From an uncultured Gemmataceae bacterium (lineage in GTDB: Bacteria > Planctomycetota > Planctomycetia > Gemmatales > Gemmataceae), in contig CAVVPN010000012.1 in the NCBI GenBank assembly GCA_963750165.1, forward strand, positions 704,001 through 768,000: a DNA stretch of 64,000 nt. The letters run 5' to 3'. The stretch's first letter is position 1. The number at the start of each line of letters is the position of its first letter. Below the pieces are notes generated by a model, which saw only the letters and a program-made list of their open reading frames with translations, was not told the DNA's origin and searched no databases. A program made the translations under genes and the position numbers. Below are positions 56,182 through 64,000 of the stretch, in pieces.

Positions 56182-56862
56182 TTAACTCTCGGCGGGGGTG
56201 CGGCCGAGGACGATGTCGAAGCGGGCCGTCTGCTCGCCCAGACGGGAGCCGGGCAGCGGTCGGAAGTCGGCCTGCACCAGCTCCCGGGCGATGGGGTTGC
56301 CAGATTCCAGGAAGATGCCGTCGCGGTTGTTCTGCGCGTGGCCGGCGATGAACAATTGCGTGGTCAGCAGCTCGCGGTTGCTCTGCTTGAGTTTGAAGTG
56401 GATGTGCGGCGTTCGCCCCGGGTACGGCACTGGCCGGATCGTGCGGAAGTAGTACTCGCCGCTGGTGCCGGTCAGGAAGCGGCCATAGCCCTGGAAGTTG
56501 GCGTCCCGCTGACCACCGCCCCCGCCGCCGCCGACGTGGTGGTAGACGCCGCGGGCGTCGCACTGCCAGATCTCGACCAGCACGTTGCGCAGCGGCGAAC
56601 CGCTGGCGCTCCGGATGCGGCCGCTGACGTGGGCGATGGTGCCGACCGCCGGCGTGAGGTTGTTGTTGATGACGATCAAATCGTTGTCGGTGTCGAGCGG
56701 CAGCTGCCGCGGGTAAAACGGCCCCTCGGTCAGGGGCGGGGTGCTGGCGAGTTGGTCGGCGAAGGCTCCGGGGACGAACGCCCCGAACGCCCCCAGGGTC
56801 GCCAGGGCCGCACCACCTTGCAAAAAGCGGCGTCGGCTCGGCTGCTGATCCATCGGTCTCAT
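56182..56862 (-). CDS. intradiol ring-cleavage dioxygenase family protein (Tat signal)
   Basis: SRRRFL, TEGPFYP, VEIWQCD..G.Y.H, TIRPVPYPGRTPHIH. Confidence 0.9.
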   Translation of the reverse strand: MRPMDQQPSRRRFLQGGAALATLGAFGAFVPGAFADQLASTPPLTEGPFYPRQLPLDTDNDLIVINNNLTPAVGTIAHVSGRIRSASGSPLRNVLVEIWQCDARGVYHHVGGGGGGGQRDANFQGYGRFLTGTSGEYYFRTIRPVPYPGRTPHIHFKLKQSNRELLTTQLFIAGHAQNNRDGIFLESGNPIARELVQADFRPLPGSRLGEQTARFDIVLGRTPAES

Positions 56863-57123
56863 CACACAATCTCCCTTAAAAAGGACAATCTGACACTCCC
56901 CGGACGATCGATCCAGTCTCCCACCTTTTTGTGCTGCAACCCCTCCCACCCGTATAGATGCCCTGGTGGAACATTCCCGCGCGCAGGAACGCACTTTCGC
57001 CCGGCAGGTCTCCCGATCTGGGATGATTCACCACAGAGAACGCGGAGGGCGCGGAGAGAAGATCGAGGAATTGATTTACAGATGACACCGAGGGCCACCG
57101 ACACGACACGCCGGCGCGCCCCG

Positions 57124-58156
57124 TCACACCGGGAGCGGATTCCGCTCCGCGAAGCCGCGCTGGTGCCAGTACGGATAGGCGGGCGTCGTGGCGCTGGCGG
57201 CGTCGAGGCGGGCCACCTGCTCGGGCGTCAGGTTCCAGCCGACGGCGCCGAGGTTCTGCCGCAACTGCTCCTCGTTGCGGGCGCCGATGATGACGGTGGC
57301 CACGGTCGGCCGCTGCAGCAGCCAGTTCAGCGCCACCTGCGGCACCGTCTTGCCTGACTCCTGCGCAACCGCTTCGAGAGCGTCCACCACGCGGTACAGA
57401 TACTCGTCATGCACCTGCGGCCCGATGTCCACCACCTTCTGGCTTTGCAGCCGGCTGGTCGCAGGCAACGGCTGGCCGCGGCGGATCTTGCCCGTCAGCC
57501 GGCCCCAGCCAAGCGGGCTCCAGACCACCGCGCTCACCTGCTGGTCCAGGCCCAGTGGCATCAGTTCCCACTCGTAGTCGCGGCCGATCAGGGAGTAGTA
57601 CGCCTGGTGGGCGACATACCGCGCCAGGCCGTAGCGCTCGGAGACCGCCAGCGACTTCATCAGGTGCCAGCCCGAGAAGTTCGAGCAGCCGATGTACAGA
57701 ATCTTGCCGTGCGCGCACCAGGTCGTCGAGCGTGTGCAGCACCTCCGGGATGGGTGTGCGGGCATCGAAACCGTGCAGCTGGTACAGGTCGATGTGGTCG
57801 GTGCCGAGCCGGCGCAGGCTGCCCTCGACGGCACGAGTGAGGTGGTAGCGCGATGAACCGACATCGTTGGGGCCGGGGCCGGTGCGGAAGGTGCCTTTGG
57901 TGGAAATGAGCACGCGGTCGCGGCGGCTCTTGAGCGCCTGCCCCAGAATATCCTCGGCCAGGCCACCAGAGTAAATGTCGGCGGAATCGAAGAGCGTCAG
58001 GCCGGCGTCGAGGCAGATGTCCACGAGGCGCGTCGCCCCGGCCACATCGGTGGCGCCCCACGCCTTGAAGAACTCGTTGCCGCCGCCGAAGGTGCCGGTG
58101 CCCAGGCTCAGCACCGGCACCACGAACCCTGAGCCGCCCAGTTGCCGGTATTCCAC
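57124..58156 (-). CDS. aldo/keto reductase, frameshift near 57712
   Basis: YRQLGGSG, FDSADIYS, SLRRLGTDHIDLYQLH; GKILYIGCSN, WSPLG.G.LTGK. Confidence 0.9.
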
Positions 58157-58679
58157 GGTCACCCCCTCTTGTGCATCGTCCAATTGGATGGGAACTGGGC
58201 CGCCGACGGCCGGCAGGACGCCGCCCCGTCGAGGCCCAGACCACAGGCTCGATTCTACCCGGGGCGGCTACCGGCAGCCAGGGTTGGGGCGTCAGGTCGA
58301 TCGTCAGCGCACGCCCGTTCTGTGGAATCGGCGGGACGCACTGCATGGTGAAAATTTGAGGAATGAGAAAATGGTAACGGCTGGGGGGCGAATGTCAATC
58401 ATAGAATGCTGGGAAAGTGCGTGATCGACGGCGGAAACCGGTGGACACTATGTTACGGTTTGTTACAATCTTCCTTGAACGAATTGCCTGCCTTGATCGT
58501 CTTGTTAGTGGTGACGCCCACACCACCCGGGGCAGGGATCCAAAAGATTCCCTGCCACACTGCCATCGAAACCCGCCAACCGCCCGTGTCGTCATCGGAA
58601 CGGAACCCACTCAATCGTCAGAACCGCTGGGCCGCGGAACGGCCCCAGCCCAGGAAGCGTTGCCTTCACAGGTGCCGTC

Positions 58680-60023
58680 ATGCAACAAACCAGCGTCAAC
58701 CGCCAGACCTTCCTGAGCCGGGTCCGCCAGAGCGGCCTGATGTCGGTTCAGGAAATCCGCGACGCCCTGCCTGGTCTGCCAAACACCGACCGCGGCAAGG
58801 CGGTGGCGCGCGCCCTCGTCGAGCAGGGCCGGCTCACCAAATTTCAGGCGGAACTGCTCCTCGCCGGTCGGGTCTCGGGCTTTTTCTTAGGCCAGTACAG
58901 GATTCTGGAGCAGATCGGTCAGGGCGGCATGGGTCGCGTCTTCAAGGCCGTCCACCAGACGATGCACCGCACGGTCGCCATCAAGGTGCTGGCGCCGCAG
59001 CATACCCGCACCGAGAAGGCCCGCCAGCTGTTCCAGCGCGAGATGCGCGCCGCCGGCCAGCTGCTGCACTCGAACATCGTCACCGCCTATGACGCCAACG
59101 AGAGCGATGGCCGGCTCTACCTGGTGATGGAGTATGTGGACGGCCCGAACCTCGAACAGCTGGTGCGCGAGCGTGGGCCGCTGCCGGTCGGCCTGGCCTG
59201 CGAGATCATCCGTCAGGCGGCGCTGGGCTTGCAGTGCGCTCACGAGCACGGCATGGTCCACCGCGACATCAAGCCGAGCAACCTGCTGCTGCAACGGCCG
59301 CAGGGTGCGTCCGGGCCGTGCGTGGTCAAAATCCTGGACTTCGGCCTGGCCCGCCTGTCCGACCAGTTGCCGAACGTCCCGGGCGTCATGGGCAGCATCG
59401 CGGTGGCGGACAACTGCGTCATGGGCACCCCCGACTACCTCTCGCCCGAGCAGTCGCGCAGCGTGCATCAGGTGGACATCCGCTCGGACCTGTACAGCCT
59501 GGGCTGCACGCTGTACTTCCTGCTGACCGGCCGGGTGCCGTTCCCGGGCGGCAACAGCCTGGACAAGCTGATTCGCCACGGCTCCGAGGAGGCGCCGCCG
59601 CCAGACGTGCTGCGGCCGGAGGTGCCGCTGGTGGTGTCGGCGGTCGTGCGGCGGCTGATGACCAAGAACCCCGACGACCGCTTCCAGAAGCCCACAGACC
59701 TGGCCGCGGCGCTGACGCACCTGGCGCAGAACCTGTCGTGGTCGGTGGTGGCGCCGCGGTTGGCGGCGGCGGGGGTGGAGGACACAGGACTGCGGCACGA
59801 CACGCGCGGCCTGGAGTTTCTGGAGGACGGCACTGGCGAAGTGGCCGCGATCGGCAGCGCCCCGACGAAGACGTGGCCGCCCGATTCGGCGCCGACGGTG
59901 CCCGACGAACTGGAACTGCGACCGGCCGCGGCCAATCCTGGCTGGCTCGTCTGGCTGCTGGCGGTGCTGTGTACGCTGCTGGGGCTGACGGTGGTGGTGC
60001 TGCTGCTGTTGCTGCGGACCTGA
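58680..60023 (+). CDS. Ser/Thr protein kinase with C-terminal TM
   Basis: GQGGMG.V, VAIK, HRDIKPSN, DFGLA, GTPDYLSPEQ. Confidence 0.95.
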   Translation: MQQTSVNRQTFLSRVRQSGLMSVQEIRDALPGLPNTDRGKAVARALVEQGRLTKFQAELLLAGRVSGFFLGQYRILEQIGQGGMGRVFKAVHQTMHRTVAIKVLAPQHTRTEKARQLFQREMRAAGQLLHSNIVTAYDANESDGRLYLVMEYVDGPNLEQLVRERGPLPVGLACEIIRQAALGLQCAHEHGMVHRDIKPSNLLLQRPQGASGPCVVKILDFGLARLSDQLPNVPGVMGSIAVADNCVMGTPDYLSPEQSRSVHQVDIRSDLYSLGCTLYFLLTGRVPFPGGNSLDKLIRHGSEEAPPPDVLRPEVPLVVSAVVRRLMTKNPDDRFQKPTDLAAALTHLAQNLSWSVVAPRLAAAGVEDTGLRHDTRGLEFLEDGTGEVAAIGSAPTKTWPPDSAPTVPDELELRPAAANPGWLVWLLAVLCTLLGLTVVVLLLLLRT

Positions 60024-60032
60024 AACCACGCG

Positions 60033-60278
60033 CTAATCGTCGGGCTTCACCTCCCGGTCCTGCTTTTCATCCGGCTTCGCCGGCGCCTGGTCGTGAATCT
60101 CAACATGGTTATGGGCGAAGAAAAAGCCGATGGCCCAGACGCGCACATTGCGACCGTCAGACGATTTGCCGTTCGGCTCAACACCCAGCAGCGCCAGGAC
60201 CAGCTGCGGAACGGTGAGGATCAGGATGGCGCCGACGACGCCCCAGAACCAGCCCTTTTTCCAGAGTCCCTTGCCCAT
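60033..60278 (-). CDS. small membrane protein
   Basis: N-terminal TM helix; follows the DCC gene closely; GGGGGA RBS-like. Confidence 0.5.
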   Translation of the reverse strand: MGKGLWKKGWFWGVVGAILILTVPQLVLALLGVEPNGKSSDGRNVRVWAIGFFFAHNHVEIHDQAPAKPDEKQDREVKPDD

Positions 60279-60293
60279 GTCGGTGTCCCCCCA

Positions 60294-60752
60294 TCACAGA
60301 AAGCGTTTGCGCGTCTCGGGCGTGGGCACCCAGCAGCTCTCGTGCTTGCCGAACAGGCGGTAGCGGTTCAGGGCGACCCGGTCGTAGAACCAGTCGCGGA
60401 AGGCCGCCGGCAGGATCAGGAAGAGAGCCAGCCACGACCACGGCGGCGCGAAGTAGCGCGCCACGCGCAGGACGGCACTGGATTTCGTGTACGCCCGGCC
60501 CTGCTCCACAAACATCATGGTATCGAAGCGATCCGTCGGCAGGCCAGCCCAGCGCAACAGGGCCTGGCCGGCCGGCGACTGGATCGACGTCAACCGCAGC
60601 CGCCCGCGCGGGTCGTGGGCGATGACGAACTGCACCAGGCGGTTGCACAGGTTGCAGACGCCATCGAAGAGCACAACCGGCTCGTCCGGGCGGACAAGCG
60701 GCGGCACCGTGGCTCTGCCGTTTCGCGTTGCGGTGTCCATCATGTCAGCCAC
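60294..60752 (-). CDS. DCC1-like thiol-disulfide oxidoreductase (DUF393)
   Basis: VLFDGVCNLC (DxxCxxC), RDWFYD.VA.NRYRLFGK..C. Confidence 0.9.
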   Translation of the reverse strand: MADMMDTATRNGRATVPPLVRPDEPVVLFDGVCNLCNRLVQFVIAHDPRGRLRLTSIQSPAGQALLRWAGLPTDRFDTMMFVEQGRAYTKSSAVLRVARYFAPPWSWLALFLILPAAFRDWFYDRVALNRYRLFGKHESCWVPTPETRKRFL

Positions 60753-60940
60753 CGATCTGTCCCGGGTTTGGCGACCTTCCTCCCTCTCCAGCGATCAACC
60801 GCCGCGCCCCGCGGTGGTTAACGGCCGCCCTGAACTGCTGGCGCCATGATACCACACTGGAAGGGCCTTGCCGAATGTGAGTGTCCGTGTACTGATCCCA
60901 GCGTGGCTAATGCCTCGGCAAGCGGCGACGAACAACAACG

Positions 60941-60988
60941 GACCCCGTTTACGTTTCGCGCGGTGCCGCGCGAAACGTAAACGGGGTC
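60941..60988. repeat. perfect palindrome, same family as 8344
   Basis: GACCCCGTTTACGTTTCGCGCG..CGCGCGAAACGTAAACGGGGTC. Confidence 0.75.
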
Positions 60989-61028
60989 AACAGACGCCTC
61001 GCTGAACGATGTTCAATCACCAGGGCTG

Positions 61029-64000
61029 TCACCTGGACAGCGTCTTGAACGAATTAAAGAACGCCCGCGTCTCCGGTGAGGGATGGGTGGACCTGCTCCC
61101 GCTCACGCTCAAGATGTAGAGCCGGTCGTTTACCAGGTAGGCACGCAAGAAGATCAGGGTGGACTTGCCGTCACCCAGTTCCCACTCCCGCCCCGGGGGG
61201 TTACTCGATTTAGTGGCGCCCACCTTCATTTCAACGTTAAGCCGCTTGAACATTTGGTTGTACCCCGACTCGACCAGATTAAATACTGCGTCGGGCTTCA
61301 ACTTGGCCTTTTCCGGCGGCAGGGAAACTACCTCCACGTTGTAGCTCGGATTCAGTCCTCCGGTCGAAGCAGGAAAGTGAATCGGGGATTTTGCAATTCC
61401 CAGCCCCGCCTTGTTCAAGGTTTCCTTGGTCTGATCGTTCACCGTTTGCTCGGGTTTTACCGGCACAAGAACGCTAAAGCCCTGGGTTTCCTCCGTGAAC
61501 GTGATCCACCCCTTGGGAGCCTTCACCTCGGCCGGCTCCTTCTTCTCCAGCTCTTTCTTTTCCGGTTCCTTCTTCTCCTTCTCCTTCTTGACCGGCGGCG
61601 GCGGTGCCACCGACACGCCGCCCTTGGGCGGCGGCACCACCTTCGTCAACTCGTTGATGTCCAGTCCCTCCGGCAGCTTGTCCTTCACCGTCGCCAGCCG
61701 GCGGAACAGTTCGTCCTGCTTCGCCCGTTTGGCCGGGTCCGTTTCCGCCTTGACGTAGCGCACGGAGCTGTCGGCCATGAGCATGTACGTACCCTTGCCG
61801 CCACCCTCCGACGACAGGAACGGTTCCAGGCTGTTTTTCTCCGGGACATTGCGCACGGTGCTGCCGCCGCCGGCGATCCACGGCGTTGCGCCCGGCACGC
61901 CCTCGTACGGCACGCGCACCATCAGGATTGTGTTCGACAGGCCGCGGTTGTCCCGGATCAGCTTCAGCGGCGTCATGCGGTCGTTGCCGAAGACGCCCAG
62001 CTTATCTTCCAGGAGCACCGTCGCGGGGTCGCCCCAGGCGGCCTCGGCAGCGTCCGGGCCGATGCCCGCCAGGCCGACAAAGTGCGTCGCCGCCGTGCCC
62101 AGCGGCATGCCCGGCGGCCGGACGTACCGGCTCCGCACCGGATAGCTCGGGTCAATGAACTCCGGCACCAGCGTCTGGGCCGCCAGCCAGTTGGACGGGT
62201 CCTTCCACGACTGCTTGAAGTCGATCTGCGCGTGCAGCTCGTGCCAGCCGAGGTAGGGCAGCAACTCGGCCATCCAGCTAATGCGATACCTCGGCTCACG
62301 GCCGTAGCGCGGGCCATCGAGGCGACGCAGCGAGCCCGGCGGGAACTTGCCCGGTTCGCCGCTGCCCACCTTCAGGACTTGCTTGGTCAGACGGTCCTTG
62401 ATGACGCCGACTTTCAGGTCGTTCTCACCCAGTCGCTTGCCGGCGGCCGCCAGCCCGTAGACAATGTTGATCTCGTCCGGCCCCTTCTTCGCCGCCTCCA
62501 GCATACGGAAGCGGTCCACCGCCTCCGCCAGGGCCATGTCCGTCTTCAACCCGTACAGCAGCACCGACCACAGCGGCGCGAACTGCTTGCGGGTTTCCAC
62601 CTCGCTGAGCCACAATTCCAGCGTGAACTCAACGGCGTGACCGTTCTCCGTGACGAGGATGCGCGACCGCGGTTCTTCCTTCTTCGGTTTCTCCTTGTCC
62701 TTGTCGCCCGTGCCGGGCGGTTGGTTGCCGGGCGGCGGACGCCTGCCCTTGCCCGGACCCGGGCCGGGGCCGGGGCCGTTGGGGTTCGTGGTTCCGGGGC
62801 TCTTTTCGTCTTCCTTCTTCTCGATCAGCTCTTCCGGCACAGCGATCTTGTGCCCGCGCAGCAACTTGCCGTACAACTCCGCCACCTCGGGCGCCCGCTT
62901 CTTGTTCAAGGTCTCGAACAACGCCCTGGCGGTCTTGTCGCTGGAGCAGTCGAGATCGTTGACGTAAACCAGGACTTTTTTATCGTCGTCGTCCCGCTGG
63001 CGCACGGCCGTGCCCAGGACGTTGACGACGCGGCCGGACTCACCCAGCACGTCGCCCAGGTCCCACAGCAGACGCAACTGCCACTGAACGCGGCCCTGCA
63101 CGGTCCCCTGCTTGGCCAGGAGCGCCCGCGCCGCGTCCATGTCCACGGCGGACAGCACGATTGGCTGCCCCGCCTGCTCGCCGCTGCCCTTGAGGCGCTC
63201 CAGCATGTCCCGCAGTTTCGCGCTGAGTTTGCCGTAAGGAACCTCGATCTCAATCACCTGCGTTTTGGGTTCCTCCTTCTTCTCGCCGTCCTTGGCTTCG
63301 CCGCCGTCCGAGGGCCCCGGGGGGGCCTTGCCCTTGCCCGGGCCTTTGCCCTTGTCGGCGCCCGGCCTGCCCTTGTCCTTGCCCTTGCCCGGTCCTGGCG
63401 GTTGCTCGCTGCCCGTGCTGGCCTTGTCCTTGTCCTTATCCTTGACCTCCTCTTTCTTGACTTCCGTCTTCTTCGTGGGAATCTTGTCCTTGGTGTGCAG
63501 GAACTGCTGCATCACCGCTTTGGGGGCGAAGACCAGCGTGTGTCTGTCGTAGCGGTAGAGCTGCAACGGCTGCTCCCGGGCCGCCAGGCTCGGGTTGGCC
63601 GGGGTGTTGCGCAGGTACGCGGGGACGCCCAGCGCCAGCCGCGACAGCCCATCCACGTAGGCCCCGTTGCGCTGGACGGTGTAAGTCAGCAGTTGCTTGC
63701 CGCCCACGATGACCGGCGTCTTGTTCAGGTCCATCGCCTTGACCAGCGGGGCCAGGTCGTCCAGGGCGTCGGTCGTGTGCAGGACGGTGAACGTCCATTC
63801 GCCGCTAAAATTCTCGGCGCGGATCAACTCATCGACCGCGGACATCTTGAAGCCGACCTTGGCGAGGTATTCCGGGTCGCTCAGGATGCCGGCGTCGGTC
63901 GCCGCCTCGCCCTGCGGACTGTTCAGGTAGCGCTTGAAGAAGACGTGCTGCACGCTCTGGGTGTCGGCGGGCAGGAGGTTGGTCAGACGGATGTTGTCGC
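61029..64000 (-). CDS. large protein with an internal DUF1559-like domain (5' end outside window)
   Basis: Frame open to window edge; ISWMAELLPYLG, THFVGLAG, GLSNTI, MADSSVRYV; K/G/P-rich linkers. Confidence 0.75.
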   Translation of the reverse strand, partial: DNIRLTNLLPADTQSVQHVFFKRYLNSPQGEAATDAGILSDPEYLAKVGFKMSAVDELIRAENFSGEWTFTVLHTTDALDDLAPLVKAMDLNKTPVIVGGKQLLTYTVQRNGAYVDGLSRLALGVPAYLRNTPANPSLAAREQPLQLYRYDRHTLVFAPKAVMQQFLHTKDKIPTKKTEVKKEEVKDKDKDKASTGSEQPPGPGKGKDKGRPGADKGKGPGKGKAPPGPSDGGEAKDGEKKEEPKTQVIEIEVPYGKLSAKLRDMLERLKGSGEQAGQPIVLSAVDMDAARALLAKQGTVQGRVQWQLRLLWDLGDVLGESGRVVNVLGTAVRQRDDDDKKVLVYVNDLDCSSDKTARALFETLNKKRAPEVAELYGKLLRGHKIAVPEELIEKKEDEKSPGTTNPNGPGPGPGPGKGRRPPPGNQPPGTGDKDKEKPKKEEPRSRILVTENGHAVEFTLELWLSEVETRKQFAPLWSVLLYGLKTDMALAEAVDRFRMLEAAKKGPDEINIVYGLAAAGKRLGENDLKVGVIKDRLTKQVLKVGSGEPGKFPPGSLRRLDGPRYGREPRYRISWMAELLPYLGWHELHAQIDFKQSWKDPSNWLAAQTLVPEFIDPSYPVRSRYVRPPGMPLGTAATHFVGLAGIGPDAAEAAWGDPATVLLEDKLGVFGNDRMTPLKLIRDNRGLSNTILMVRVPYEGVPGATPWIAGGGSTVRNVPEKNSLEPFLSSEGGGKGTYMLMADSSVRYVKAETDPAKRAKQDELFRRLATVKDKLPEGLDINELTKVVPPPKGGVSVAPPPPVKKEKEKKEPEKKELEKKEPAEVKAPKGWITFTEETQGFSVLVPVKPEQTVNDQTKETLNKAGLGIAKSPIHFPASTGGLNPSYNVEVVSLPPEKAKLKPDAVFNLVESGYNQMFKRLNVEMKVGATKSSNPPGREWELGDGKSTLIFLRAYLVNDRLYILSVSGSRSTHPSPETRAFFNSFKTLSR

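Overview
GC-rich bacterial window, most likely a Planctomycete of the Gemmataceae type (DUF1559 prepilin-like proteins, DUF1501, TPR-RNAP-alphaCTD protein, WD40 protein, Ser/Thr kinase, 'LEDRTVP' extracellular motif). It holds housekeeping genes (coaD, miaA, dnaE, comM/yifB, ppk2, lpxC, skp), a batA-E-like VWA/TPR cluster, a PAS histidine kinase, and an ECF sigma/anti-sigma pair facing a Met-rich peptide + MsrPQ-like operon. There is also an apparently orphan c-di-GMP-I riboswitch and many palindromic REP/MITE-like elements, two of which read in frame within or at the start of genes. The main find is a minus-strand locus at 43.7-51.7 kb: a PEP-CTERM surface protein, a ~2200-aa RHS polymorphic toxin whose N-terminal domain looks like a paralogue of that PEP-CTERM protein's domain, a His/Cys caspase-fold-like toxin tip, and a small lower-GC putative immunity gene. 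About 8 genes carry single-base frameshifts that are probably long-read indel errors. All calls are by-eye motif recognition; no searches were run.
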